Shown here: positions 1-13,149 of the stretch, piece by piece | Numbering within the stretch: position 1 is the first letter of the stretch | Layout of the letters: each line of letters opens with the position of its first letter | DNA from: the human T2T-CHM13v2.0 reference genome, Homo sapiens | Assembly (NCBI RefSeq): GCF_009914755.1 | Contig: NC_060926.1 | Reading direction: 5' to 3' (one strand) | Length of the DNA: 64,000 nt | The notes under the pieces: model-generated | Told to the model about the DNA's origin: nothing | What the model saw: the letters and a program-made list of their open reading frames with translations, nothing else | Databases searched by the model: none | Position numbers and translations under genes: made by a program

Positions 1-2940
1 CATTTATGAAGCAACTACCCGTACCTATTCATGGAACCAGGGATGAGGATGGGGGTTGTTTTGTTTTGTTCACTTCTGTATCTTCAGGACCTAGTAGGTC
101 ATGAAGAAATAACTGCTGAAGTATTCCTATGTAAACTCCGTTGAGAGACCATTTAGAAAATATATTTTTTAAAATGGGGCCTAAAAATGAGGAGGGTCTG
201 GGAAAGACAACAGGCGGTGGTTCAGTAGTCCCCACCCTCTTGTTACCATGGTATCTATTTTCCCTTGTTCTAAAATCCCACCTGGAGCCACACATTGTGG
301 GGCTCTGGCTGTGGTTGCCGGTGGTGCCCTGGCTAAATAGAGAAGGCTGTAGGGAGAGTGATCTCAACATGTATCATAAGCCTGTGTCCTAGGCAACAGA
401 CTTTTCTCCTGTGATCTGTCTTTCCTGGGAAATGAGAAAGAAACAAAGCAGTGAAGCCTGCAAAGGCCATAAGGAGGCTATCAACTTTTCTATATTATCC
501 GTTCAGGCAAAGAACATTCTTTCCAGCAAAGACAGCTTCCGCAATTTCACAAAGCTTTACTATCACAGACTGAGCACCCTTTGGGGGTAGATATAACACT
601 ATCTCTTAGACCATGGAGCCATCTGAAGAGACAAAAAAAAAAAAAAAATTCTTCAGACCAAAGGGACATGCTAGCTAATTGCTGAAACCCTGGGAGAGCC
701 GGCGAGTGGATGCACTGTTTGAGGTCTGACAAGTGTTTCATAGGAGTTGGTGCTGCGGGTAAAGAAATCTTGATCACCTTGAGAAAGTGCTGCTGCCAAA
801 AATGTTCTTGTTCTCTGATGATTAACAGGGTTATTATGTATCCCTTTTGTGATTACCCTTGAATATGTGACAAGGATCCTTTGTCATCAGTAGAAACACT
901 GTTTTTACATTCCAGTGAGAACAGAAGAAAGGTTTAATTACCATCCATGGCATCTGCTTATTTGAGCTGTCTTATGAATAATCACATAGACCAATATATC
1001 CAGATGGCCAGGCTATCTTCCTTCCCCTGCCTTTCTCTTCCTTTCTCACAATGAAAGGCATTTTGCTTTATATCCAGAAAAGTCACTTATTGAAAGATGG
1101 TTGAGGATGTGGATCCAAATGCCTGGTATAATATGGAAAAATAAATCCCAGTAACAGGAGAACATGCAATAGTCATGCAGATCAACTGGTAGACATTTGC
1201 CTTATGAATAATTAAGTAGCTTTTTGACTTGGGGCAAAATCATCCCTCTTCCACAAACTAAATACTTTGTTTACCCATGTGCACATTAGAGATAGGAGGG
1301 GGTCTGATTTAGTTATTGAAAAATTACATGTCATATAAAGTAATTTGCAGATAGCTCCTCCTTTGGGACTCAAATTACCAAAACAGGTACAAAAGTTTCA
1401 GTAATTTATATTAATACAGAAGAACGTATCTTGAGCTGTTGTCTAAATAGCACACAGGTCAAAACACGTTATTTGGTGCCCTTCTCAAAAGGAGAAGGGG
1501 TTTTCCATGATTAAATATGTTTAGTAGCCATTGCATACTATATATCTCCTACAGATTCACAATAAGACCCAGACATTTTAGAGTAATTGGTTTAAACCTT
1601 CTCAATATATGTCCATAAACTTTTTGACCTTGGAACAATTTTTATTGTTTTTATGAAAGTCCTGCCAAATGCTGGCTTTGTGGCGATCATTCAGGAAAAA
1701 CTGCCTTGCTTACTTAAGCTTACTTCTATAGACCCCCAAGATGTACTTTTCTTTATCATGGCACATTTCAAACCTAATTATTTGGAAATATACTTTCCTC
1801 CTTTCGATCAACATTCTGCATTCCAAACCAGTCACAGGGCTGAGGGCATCAATGCATCTACCCAAATGGTCTAGGGGAATTAGCCTCCCTTCTAGCCAGA
1901 GAGGTATTTTATGGCTTCCAAAGTAATAAAGTGGCCTATTCTCAATGCAGCACCAATAACAGCAGTTGCTTCCCACATAGACTAAAGATTAAAAACAGGA
2001 CTTGGGTGGATTTATAGGGCAGGTCATTACACCCTGAAAATAAGAAGGTGTTACTAATTCTCTTTCCCTTGATTTAATAGACTGACAGCTCCTGGGCTCC
2101 AGGGAGCTTCATGAGACAAATAACTCTCCAAATAAACCACCTGGGAGTGGGAGAGCTCAGAGGTGACTCTGCTGTCTCTGTGACCTATGACTGCTCACTA
2201 ATGCACAAGAGCAGCAGCCAAAACACCAGCTATCCCTAAGCATGTGCAATAAACATCAGGTGTCAACCCCAGAGGATTTGTGGGTGAACACCTGGACTGC
2301 TCACCCCTCAGGCACACCCTCACAGTCATGACGCTCTCCTGGGACTATTTATAGTCACTGACAATCTGTCTCCATCCCAAGACCAGTCCATAATGTCAGA
2401 AATTACTTGCACCCTTAACCTCTCCCTTCTCACCTTTAGGGAGGACCACAAGTGATGTACAAATCTCAAGACATGAGAAATGACCTGAGTTCTACCCTTT
2501 GGAGTTGAAGGCCCTACTTCACCCTGTCTCCCTCTATTGTGTCAGCATTGAAACTCCAGTTTAGATTTTAGGGTTCCAATTGCCACTTGTCCAAGAGAGG
2601 AGTTAAGATGTATCATCTGAGTAGGAAACTGCCTGCATGATACATGTTGAAAAAATTCTGAAGGGGCCTCTGCTGCCCAAATAATGACATTATGCCCCTG
2701 AGCAACCTAAAATATCTCAATTGGATATTAACCCTAAAGACATCAGATTAAGGCAGTAACAGACTTTTCTGAAATAACTTCTAGAAGATATTCTCATAAT
2801 AGAGTAATTCTTGGGTATCTGGTAATGGTTATGGTTGTTACAACCTAGTACTTGATCTCTAGAGTTACAGAAAATACAGAGCATTATATTGATCAAGTTC
2901 AAGTTTCCAAATGGATTCTTGGGGAAAACATACATTGTGC

Positions 2941-3061
2941 TGTTAAAACTAGCTCCTCCTTGGGAGGTAACTATTGCATCCTCTTCATCCTGTCCTGGGG
3001 TCATGATCATGCAGTAATGTAGAAATCAGGGCATTTTATCTATCCAGATGTATTTGAGAGG
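2941..3061 (+). repeat. Old local direct duplication, copy 1 (partner 4984-5100)
   Basis: tgttaaaactagctcc...gtcatgatcatgcagtaatgtagaaatcagggcattttatct...gatgtatttgagagg aligns by eye at ~80% to 4984-5100. Confidence 0.85.
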
Positions 3062-3064
3062 CAG

Positions 3065-3290
3065 GAGAGTGTAGGGTAGTAGTTAGGAAAAGACGACAGG
3101 GAGACTACCTGAACTTAATTCTGATTCTCACACTTACAAAAACGAGAATCAGTTAGGTGCTCAACCTTTCTATGCCTCAGTTCCCTCATCTGTTACATGT
3201 GTTAAAATTAAAAAAAAAAATTGTTAAGAACAATATTACATCCTATTTTATGTTTTCTAGTAGAACTTGGTAAACTACTATAAAGTGCAT
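3065..3290 (+). mobile_element. MIR SINE fragment
   Basis: MIR core-like 'ctcaacctttctatgcctcagttccctcatctgt'. Confidence 0.6.
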
Positions 3291-3360
3291 GGAACAGCGT
3301 CTAAAATATACTAAACCATCAATAAAGGCTAATTTCCTGGGATTTAGGCCTAATTTAACT

Positions 3361-4172
3361 CTTTTTTCCTCTTTTACTTTTAAGTTCTGGGGTACAAGTG
3401 CAGGATGTGCAGCTTTGGTACACAGGCAAATGTGGGCCATGGGGGTTTGCTGCAGATGTCAACCCATCATCTAGGTATTAAGCCCAGCATCCATTAGCTA
3501 TTCTTCCTCACGGTCTTCCTCCCGCCACCTCCCAACAGGCCCCAGTGTGTGTTGTTCCCCCAATGTATCCATGTGTTCTCATTGTTCAGCTCCCACTTAT
3601 AAGTGAGAACATGTGATGTTTGTTTTTCTGTTCCTGCATTAGGTTGCTGAGGAAAATGGCTTCCAGCTCCATCCATGTCACTGCAAAAGTCATGATCTCA
3701 TTCTTTTTTTATGTCTGCATAGTATTCCATGGTGTTTATGTACCACATTTACTTTATCCCATCTATCATTGATGGGCACTTGGGTTGATTCCATGTTTTT
3801 GCTATTGTGAACATGCTGCAACGAACATATGCGTGATTACGAGGTTTAAACTAAAGAGCTTCTGCACAGCAAATGAAACAATCATCAGAGCAAACAGATA
3901 ACCTACAGAATGGGAGAAAATTTTTGTAATCTATCCATCTGACAAAGATCTAATATCCAGAGTCTATGAGGAATGCAAACAAATTTACCAGAAAAAAACA
4001 ACCCATTAAAAAGTGAGCAAAGGACATGAACAAACACTTCTCAAAAGAAGACATTCATGCGGCCAACAAACGTATGAAAAGAAAGCTAGACTTTACTGAT
4101 CATTAGAAAAATGTAAATCAAAACCACAATGAGGTGCCATCTCATGACAGTCATTATGATGATTATTAAAAA
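3361..4172 (-). mobile_element. 5'-truncated, 5'-inverted L1 (L1PA8-10-like)
   Basis: L1 3' UTR and ORF2 end on the minus strand at 3361-3835; plus-strand ORF2 segment at 3846-4172; 17-bp TSD gcctaatttaactcttt at 3348-3364 and 4173-4189. Confidence 0.93.
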
Positions 4173-4204
4173 GCCTAATTTAACTCTTTGAAAGTCCTGT
4201 TGAA

Positions 4205-4350
4205 GGAGGTATCATGATGTCCCAGCTATAAAGATTTAGAAACTCAGGCACATTGTCACTGTTTCAAGGTCACACAGCCAAATAGTAGAGCTAAGCTTCA
4301 AATCTATTTCCTGTAACTCTGAAAACTCCTGCTTTTATCCACCATCCTGA
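4205..4350 (-). mobile_element. MIR fragment
   Basis: 'gaaactcaggcaca...caaggtcacacagc...agagctaagcttcaaatc' MIR motif. Confidence 0.55.
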
Positions 4351-4499
4351 ACTGTATCCTTTCAAATCCTACTGCACTTGATGGCTGCAGTATCTTATAT
4401 TTCTAATTCTCCTCTAATTTTTCAGCAACTTCATACATTAATTTATGGTTATACATATTCTACAAACCTTATGTACTTGGTGATACTGTATTCTTAATT

Positions 4500-4888
4500 A
4501 GAGGAGTGAGTTAGGAGCTAAGAAGTTTGGCTGTGCCTATCAAAGATTCTATCATGGCAAATGCCAGATTCCTTCCTTCTTTCTCACCTACCTATGGTCA
4601 CATGACAATGCTTTTTTCAGATCTTTGCTGGGTGACAGCTTCTGTGCTTTGAAATCCGTTGCTGCATTTGCACCAAGGATGTTTGCTCTTCCTGTTCCTA
4701 AGACACACAGGACTCTTGATGGTTTCGGCTCAAGAACGTCCCAGTGGCCTTGGCCAACCTTCATCAGAACTGCACGGCTCTCCCAGCACCCTTCCCATTT
4801 TCTTTCACCAGCATTTTTCTTCTAATTCATTTCTTGACTATTTAATTCCATTTCGGTATCTGCTTTTTTGGCAACCTGGATGAACACA
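4500..4888 (+). mobile_element. ERVL solo LTR, LTR33-like
   Basis: 3' end 'taattccatttcggtatctgctttttt...cctggatgaacaca' and internal 'ccttggccaaccttcatcagaactgcacgg' resemble LTR33. Confidence 0.5.
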
Positions 4889-4983
4889 TTGTTGAATTCT
4901 ATAATAAATTGCAAGGCATCTTTCATTCTACTTTAATTCTCATCTCAGTATTCCAGATGTCCATTAGTCTTTCAAGATAGCTC

Positions 4984-5100
4984 TGTGAAAACTATCTTGT
5001 CCTCTGGAGATAACTATCACATCCTCTTCATTCTCCCAGTCATGATCATGCAGTAATAGAGAAATCATGGCATTTTATCTGCCAGGATGTATTTAAGAGG
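4984..5100 (+). repeat. Old local direct duplication, copy 2 (partner 2941-3061)
   Basis: Shared exact blocks catcctcttcat, gtcatgatcatgcagtaat, agaaatca and ggcattttatct. Confidence 0.85.
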
Positions 5101-5489
5101 GCCCTCCACTGCCCAAACTAAAAATCAATTGTATATACATTTTAGATGTCAATAAAACCATGTGGCATTGAAGTAACTGTTTTCTAAAGAAAGGAAGAAA
5201 ATTGAGGAAGGGAAGAAAAGACATATCATTTTTTAGTATCTACTATGTGCCAGGCATAGTGTTCTAATAGGTCATCTTTATTTCAGTTGCAAACTAATCT
5301 TATGATTCAGATTTACATATGAGGGCCAAAAAGGTGGTTAAGCATAACATGATAAACCTAAGGATCACAGACAGAGGTTGAATAACCCAAATTTCAATTC
5401 TTGCTACTCAAGTTTTGTGCTCTTTTTTGTACATCATAAAGACTCTCAGAAAGACAGTAATATTCACTGCATTTTAGAGATATTTTCAA

Positions 5490-5680
5490 GATATATATAA
5501 ACGTATTTATTTGAATGCACACACACACTGAGACACACCTATATGTGCATACATTGAAACCGACCTGTACAGGCACATACAAACGCACAGACATATAAAA
5601 TAAAATATATACATAAGCATATGCATATATGTACATAAATACCTAGTAGATACAGACGTGGCTATAAAACACACATACAG
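5490..5680. repeat. Degenerate (CA)/(TA) low-complexity tract
   Basis: Alternating acacac/atatat runs. Confidence 0.7.
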
Positions 5681-6488
5681 ATTCTGCATGATTTTGTGGC
5701 ATACAGAACTTAATTTATTCAAAACCATAACACATTATCATCAGGTGTTTTTGTTACAATGAAATTATCTGTTTCTCCTACATAAAGATTTTAACATGTG
5801 GATGAATGAGGATGTCAACGAAGACAAAGCATCAATAATGCCTAGTAGGATTCTGATCTATATTTGAGCTCCATTTAATTCTCCTAGTGCCCTTAGATAT
5901 ATGAGTTAAGAGTGGATCAGTTGCCTGTAGATAGCACAGGAAACCAATAGCTTATCACAGAAAATCGACATTCAACTTTTGAGTGTTGTCAAACCTGTTC
6001 TGGTCTCTGATAATGCAAGTAGGCTTATTAGCAGTAAGCAGATGGGATGCCCAATAATTTTAGAAGGGAAAATCAAAAGATATTTGTTGTCATAAATGTC
6101 TCCATTTGTGAAATTCCCTATGCACAATTATAACGAAGGTAGAACTGGTTCTAATAACAATAGCTTGCACTAATAAGGGTCCACTATATGCCTGAAATAG
6201 TACTGAGTGCTTTGCATATGTTATTTTTTATTTCATGATAATATGTCCAAAGTTGCATTACTAATAAGTAGTTGATCTCAAGTCTGTCTGTCCAAAAGCC
6301 CATATAGGTCACAAACTTGTTTCTGAGGCACTGCCACCTCTTACTGTTTTGTTTTCAACAACCCACTTTTGACATCATCTCCAGTTTAACTTAAGTATCA
6401 TTGGTGACTCCCCACCAGCCCAAAAACATACATGTGCACACACATACATACAATCAGTCTCATTATTTTTGTGTTAGTCTTAACATGC

Positions 6489-7118
6489 ATGAATGTCCCA
6501 AATTTCCAAGAGGATCATGCATCTTCCTCTATAAATAAATAACCAGACTCATTGCACCTTCTATTTCCTACAAGGCAGCACCCACCACACAATAATGGCA
6601 ACAGACCAGCTGGAGGCTGCTTTGGTTGATGCCAGCTCCCTGGAAAAGTAACTCGCAGGCTATGTGTGAGTGCCCTCCATTGCTGAGTGAGCTCCCCTTC
6701 CCAGCATGCTTGGAAATCTGCCAAAATTCAGTATTTCCACTAGGGATCTCCAGCTGTGAGTCTGATCAAGCTATTGGAACTTAGATTAAAACATTAGTTG
6801 CATCCAGGTAAGATATGTTTGAAATAACAAAAATGCCAAACTATTTATTTTCACAATCAACTGTGAAATGAATATCCCAAATTTACAAGACGATCATCCA
6901 TCTTTCTCTATGAATAAATAACCAGACTCATTGCGCCTTCTGTTTCCTACAAGGCAGCACCCATCACACAATAATGGCAACAGACCAGCTGGTGGCTGCC
7001 TTGATTGATGCCAGCTCCCTGGAAAAGTAACTCACAGGCTATGTGAGAGTGCCCTCCATCGCCGAGTGAGCTCCCTTTCCCCAGTCCTATTTATTTTCAC
7101 AGTGAACTGAAAATAAAT
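6489..7118 (+). repeat. Near-tandem duplication: 6489-6704 repeated at 6868-7084, plus 6841-6873 repeated at 7087-7118
   Basis: Offset 379 bp; about 18 differences in ~216 bp counted by eye. Confidence 0.95.
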
Positions 7119-7371
7119 CATGGGAGGTAGACCCATCTTTGAATTGACAAGTTGATGACTAAAGGTCGTGACCCCTATGTAAAACTAAAGAGGAAAGTGT
7201 GAGGTGTGGCTAGTATTCTGTACATAGGGGCAGCAGATACAGATTTGGAGTCTTTTTAGGAAGAGGATGTAAGACAGGAAAGAAAGGAGAAGGAAATTAT
7301 TATTAACTGAGCACCTACTATTTAACCAGATTTCATGCCTAATTTGAGTTCATCTTTACAATATTTCATCC

Positions 7372-7975
7372 ACTCATTCATTCATTCATTCATTCATTCA
7401 TCAACTGTCTTCTTGGTGCTATAACAAACACTATTCTAGGTACTGGATATTTAATTGAGAAAAGAGACAGAAAAGTTCTCTGTCTCATGGTAGCTTATAT
7501 TCAGGGAGGCAGGGAGGAAGAAAAAAATAAATAAACAAACAAGGTGATTCTCAAGAGCAAGAAGTTTTATAAAAAAATACAGTAGAGTATCATGTGAGAG
7601 TGGAGTTGTAAGAGGAGTTTCTTTTTATCCCATGGTTGGGGCAGGCAATTCTGAGGAGAGGTTGCTTTAGTGTATATTTGAGGAATGAGAAGCTGGCAGC
7701 CCCCATGTGACATTCTGGGGGAATAATGATCCCAGTAGAAGGATCAGCACAGGAAAAGATGCTGGCTGTGGAAATCATAGAAGACTACTGAAGAAGAGCC
7801 CTGGGATGAAGGATAAATTTCATTGGCTTAAGGAGGACATTCATTGGCAAAATAAATTGTATTCTAATCTAAAGATGATGGAAATCCATTGGAAGTTTTC
7901 ACAAATAGAGAGTGGTGAGATTTGACTAGGATATATTAAAATCATTTCAGCAATTATATGGGAATGGATTGTAGG
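7372..7975 (-). mobile_element. L2 3' end with (CATT)n tail
   Basis: (cattcatt)n at 7375-7401 followed by L2-type 'ctattctaggtactggata...tctcatggtagcttatattc'. Confidence 0.7.
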
Positions 7976-8589
7976 AGACTAGCCTATTTATACATAATGA
8001 GATGTGCATAGAAGCCAAGTGGCATTTCAAAAGTCATGCAGATTTTAAAAAGCAGATGTGGGATTTAAATCTAGGAATGTCCTGGCTCTATAAGCAAAGG
8101 AGATATTATCTTGTTTGAGGCTGTTTCCAGTGCACCAAATTGCAACCTTGAACTATCAGTTCAATGTGATGAGCTGGTTTCTTTGCCTATTGAAGGCATT
8201 GGTCAAAGTTGATGAAAGTTTTTTGGTTTTGTTTATTTGGTGGAGGGCATTGGGTACTATGCAACTGCTGTCAACACCCTCAACTTACTGCAAGACATTT
8301 CTTTTCAATGCCGTTTAGCTACTAATACCTGTTAGATCCCACTATTAGATTCCAGTGTTACATTTTGCACACAACCAATCTCTCCTCTTTTATCTTAACA
8401 CTTTTATTGTATAGCTGAGATATGGGAATGAGATTAGGCATGTAGATCTGGTCACGCACATGATCTGAAAAAATTGGATTTTTGTGAGTTATCTCTAGGT
8501 GAAAGTATTTTTAATCTTTTGAAGAGATTGTATGTTAATGGAAATTTGTAAATAAGTAGCATAGAGCTACTTTTTGTTTTAACAGATTA

Positions 8590-10640
8590 GCTTATAGCAA
8601 ACCAGTCTTCTACCAACAAAAAGGATAAATGCTAGATAACATGCAAAGCACATCTGTTGGAAAGCATCATAGAGCTACCAAGAGAGCTGGAGCTTGAGAG
8701 ACCAGTATCCCAGAGGAAAAGCACAGAAATGTGATCCAAACTGTCAGAGTCAGTCTTTCCTTCCAGGCATTTGAAGAAACAGCATCAATCCAAACTCACT
8801 TCTCTAGCGAAGAAAAAAAGAGGAAACATTTTTCAACTCATTTTCTAAGTCCAAATAATCTTAATATCAGGACCTCACCAGGTTATTACAAGGAAAAATT
8901 TTCAAAACAATGTATCTAGTGAACATACAAATAAAAGCACTAAACAAAATATTATAAAATCATACCAGTAATGAATAAAAAAGAATACAACACATACAAC
9001 AATAAAACATATAAAAACTCTTGTAGCTAAATTGTATTACTAGAAAGTGAGTTTAAACTTGAAAATTAATTCCATTTTCTTCATTGTCCCTAAATAAATG
9101 AGAAAAAATGTGATTTTTCAGTAAAAGAGAAAAGTGATACCTCAGTTCATGCCATTAACAAAATCAATTATAAATGACGTGCAAGTTTAAATGTCAATGA
9201 TAATATAATAGAAGTTCTAGAAGATAGTATAAGATGATGTTTTCATGATCATGGAGCAGATCCACAATAAGCAATAATAATGAAGAAAATAATGTTAAAT
9301 TAGATTATTTACCATTAAGAACCTTTCTTAGTCAGAAAATAGTATCAAGAGAATGGAAAGGCAAGGCAAGCTATAGCGCAGAGGATGACATGGGGACCAC
9401 ATATTCTTGACAAAGACCTTCGCTCCATAATAAATAATGAGCTCTTACAGATCAATATGAAAAGGCAATATGGAACATCCAAATGAAATACGAACAAAAG
9501 ACTGGAACAGACACTTCACAAAGGAGGTTACCGAATGGCTAATCAGCATATTAAAATGTGAGCAAACTCATTAGTCACCAGGACTAACAAGTAAGAGCCA
9601 CAAAAAGATATCACCACATAATCCTTCCAATGGTAAAGTGACAAACAATATGTGTTAGGTCATTCTTGCATTGCTATTAAAAATACCTGAGTTTTTTATA
9701 AAGGTAAAGAAGAGGTTTAATTGGCTCATGGGTCTGCAGGCTGTAAAAGCATGGGACTCACATTGCTCAGCCTCTGGGGAGCCCTTGGGAAGCTTACGAT
9801 CATGGCAGAAGATGAAGAGGAGCAGGCATGTCACATGGAACAAGAGAAAAAGAGGAGGTGGGAGGTGCCACACACTTTTAAATGACCAGATCGCATGAGA
9901 ACTCACTCACCATCAAGAAGTCAGCACCAAGCTACGAGGGATCTGCCCCCTTAATCCAAACACCTCCCATCAGACCCCACCTCCAGCACTGGAGATTACA
10001 ATTCAACGTGAGATTTCGGTGATGACACATATCCAAACCATATCACAATAGATAAGTATTGGCAAGAATTTGAAGCAGAAAAAGCTCTCATCCTTTGCTG
10101 TATGAGGTATACATTAGTTAGTTACTTTGGAACCTGATGACAGTATCAATTAATGCAGAACACGTGTACAACATAGGACTCAGCATGGCCATTCTTAAGG
10201 ATGCACCTAGTTGAAATGTGTACATATGTGTAACCAAGGATACATACAATGATGTTACAGTGGCACTATTGTATTAGCTCCAAATTGCTGCAACTCCAAT
10301 TTCAACAAAAGTAGAATGGGTATAAAATGGTGCTATATTCATACAATGGAGAATTACACAGGAATGATAGTGAATTAACTGCTACCCAATGACAACATGG
10401 GCAAATACCAAGCTCAATATTACTGAATGAAGAAAGTCAGACCCAAACAATTACATACAGCAAAATTTCATCAGTGAAAAGAGAATTCGGAGAAGTGTTT
10501 TCTTTGGAGACAAGTAGTGACTGGAAGGAGCCGTGAGGAGGGTTTCAGCAGAGTTACTAATACTCTTTCCTGCTCCTTGTGGTCCTTATATCTGTGTATT
10601 CCTTTAATAAAAACCCAACAAGCTGTTCACTAATGATTAG
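8590..10640 (+). mobile_element. Old L1 (L1MD/ME-like) fragments interrupted by an MST LTR
   Basis: Degenerate ORF2 and 3' UTR motifs: 'caaaagactggaacagacacttcacaaag', 'tatattcatacaatgga', 'gaagaaagtcagacccaa'. Confidence 0.75.
9651..10045 (-). mobile_element. MaLR MST (MSTA-like) solo LTR
   Basis: Termini tgtgttagg...ccaaaccatatca; 5-bp TSD caata at 9646-9650 and 10046-10050. Confidence 0.92.
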
Positions 10641-10659
10641 TGTGCATGTTGCAAATTTG

Positions 10660-10950
10660 CTGTGGATTAGCTGCAACTAGCTTTGATGTTCTCTTTAATC
10701 AGGGAACAAGGCTGAAGGAGGAGCTCCTCTGCCCATCTTGTAGCAGAGGAAAAGAGAACAACAGAAGCAGATAATGCATCTTGAGGCTGCTGCTCAGGAG
10801 AGAAACAAGCCACATCCACTTACAGGTCAGACCAAAGCAAGTTACATGGCCAACCCTAATATCAATGGGGCAGCAAGAATAATTGTTCCACTGGGATGGG
10901 ACTATGCTGAACAAGAAGAAGGATTTTGAACAAATACTATAATTTTCCTT
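10660..10950 (-). mobile_element. MaLR MLT1-family LTR
   Basis: 'ccaaagcaagttacatggccaaccc' is the reverse complement of the MLT1 motif 'ggccatgtgacttgctttgg'. Confidence 0.65.
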
Positions 10951-11599
10951 CCATAATTCTCCTTTTGGTAGAGTAACTTCACATACTTATATAGCAAACA
11001 GTTTGTTTCTTGATAAATTTAAAGCTTTCAATTGTAACAAAGTAAAAAATATTTTTAAGAATTTCCTAAAATTTTCAAAGAATAATATGTAATTGATTCC
11101 AAATAAAAGTACTTGTAAGTCTGCTCAGTAAGATTTTTCTTCAACAAGGAACTTCTAAAAACTTTACAAAAGCCAAAACAATTAATGTCTCTCATCTATC
11201 TACAAAAGCTGAGCTACTAATCATACTAAATTACAACTTTGGAGCTATTTTAGAATCTATTTTTATTCTAACCCTGAAGGTGTTATTTGGAAAAGTTATT
11301 TGGAAAAAAAAAAAGAAATTTTTATTGGGTCATTAAACCATTTCCTGCTAAAAAAGAAACAAGATTCTGACGGTACATGTCCATTTTAAATGCAAATGGT
11401 TCAGATTATATTATTTACAGAAACATCCTTACAAATCATGTGTATTTAAAAAACAATTTTAATATTTTTCATAAATGAATAAGATTAACTTTTTTATCCA
11501 GTGAATATAATTAAAACTCCTTTGCATTTTTGCTATGAGAAGACAGTTCTTTGAAATTGTGTGTGTGTGAATTTGTCTGCCAGAGTGTGAGGGCTGGAA

Positions 11600-11855
11600 G
11601 TGCTAATGCTCATAGGAGACCTGCTCTGTGTCAGGCAGCCTGGTAGGCTCTCCACACACTTTCTCACTCTTCTCATAATTAGTAGAGCTAGAGTTTCCTT
11701 TCGCATAGGTAACACTATTGGCATCACCTCAAATCCCTCCAACAGTCCTACCATGTAGTTACCATTATTCTTGTATTATAGTTAAAAGCAAAGGCCCAAA
11801 GTAAATAACTTACCCAAGTCCACACAGCTATGGACCCAAAGCCCACACTCTTTCT
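11600..11855 (-). mobile_element. MIR fragment(s)
   Basis: 'ctctgtgtcaggc', 'aataacttacccaagtccacacagcta'. Confidence 0.55.
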
Positions 11856-12126
11856 GACAAATATTCCTTCTTTCATCCATTCTTTACTAATATTAGGAAA
11901 TTCCAAAGTATCATGTCAGTCGCAATAAATTGTAACACTCCAAACAAATTGTATTACTTCATCTATATTAATTGGCATTTCAGTTTTAATTAGAGCATAC
12001 CTTGCTTTATCTGTATTTCTTTCTGGACAATGAAAGGAAACTTGTAAGTAAACAGTTATGGAAGCAGTTCATTGGTACTTTATGACTTATATATAATTTT
12101 TGTAGTTTTATTGATATGCAAAACTT

Positions 12127-12453
12127 CTTCATCGACCCTTTCCAAAGCTTACAAATTAAATGTTAGGGTAATCACAACGGTGACAACAATGCAGGTGCTG
12201 ATGTCTGTGCGTGCGTGTGTGTGTGTGTGTGTACATGCTCTGTATGTGTGGACAGCTACAGATGAATTTTGGATAAAGACTTTGGCATGAACAGTTAGGA
12301 GGACCAGCAGAAAACTGGCTAGCATATTAACGCATTTCTTCAAAAGCATAATAACATTTGTTATTTATTTACTGTAATTTGAAGCAGAAGTAGAATGGAG
12401 GGATGGAGTTAGAACAGCCCAGAGGTTCATTTAATTGCACCTGAATTAGCAGA
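12127..12453 (+). repeat. 327-bp segment duplicated at 15692-16018 (probable donor copy)
   Basis: 3 substitutions in 327 bp, same (TG)n length, offset 3565; twin ORFs in the track (12149..12349 and 15714..15914). Confidence 0.97.
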
Positions 12454-12677
12454 GTTTAAAAAGTAAAAGATATGCCATAAGCATTTGCTTCTGACTTGAT
12501 GACCTGGCCTGTGTTCTTTAATGAATGATTATTGAAAACTCAGTTTTAATATGCTTTCTGTTAACATACAGGTCACATTTGGCAGTTTACTTTAAATGTA
12601 AAAAGGCTTCTAAATTAACCTGTCTTGGGGAGGCCTTGTGATTCATGGTGGCATCCTCTTTTGCGTAAAGAATCATA

Positions 12678-12977
12678 GGCCGGGCGCAGTGGCTCACGCC
12701 TGTAATCCCAACACTTTTTGAGGCCAAGGTGGGCGGATCACCTGAGGTCAGGGGTGTGAGACCAGCCTGACCAACATGGAGAAACCCCATCTCTCCTAAA
12801 AACACAACATTAACAGAGCATGGCGGTACATGCCTATAATCCTAGCTACTCGGGAGGCTGAAGCAGGAGAATTGTTTGAACCCAGGATGCAAAGGTTGCA
12901 GTGAGCTCAGATCACACCATTGCACTCCAACCAGGGCAACAACAGTGAAACTTCGTCTCAAAAAAAAAAAAAAAAAA
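12678..12977 (+). mobile_element. Alu (AluSp-like)
   Basis: ggccgggcgcagtggctcacgcc start, 'accaacatggagaaaccc' Sp diagnostic, poly(A), TSD aaagaatcat at 12667-12676 and 12975-12984. Confidence 0.95.
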
Positions 12978-13149
12978 GAATCATGAGTTGCTGAAATTAT
13001 TTATGCACTTATTAATTCATAACCTAATGACACTGAAAAAGATACTGATTTATTTCTGAATCATGATGTTTATGATGGTTTTGCATTGCAGGCATTTTAG
13101 CCTGTATGTTGCCAATGATTGCAACTTCTATATTGTACCTTCCAAATAA

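Noticed and set aside
29-392. Overlapping 113-aa and 83-aa ORFs at the window start
   Set aside because: No recognisable domain or splice context; lengths are consistent with chance ORFs
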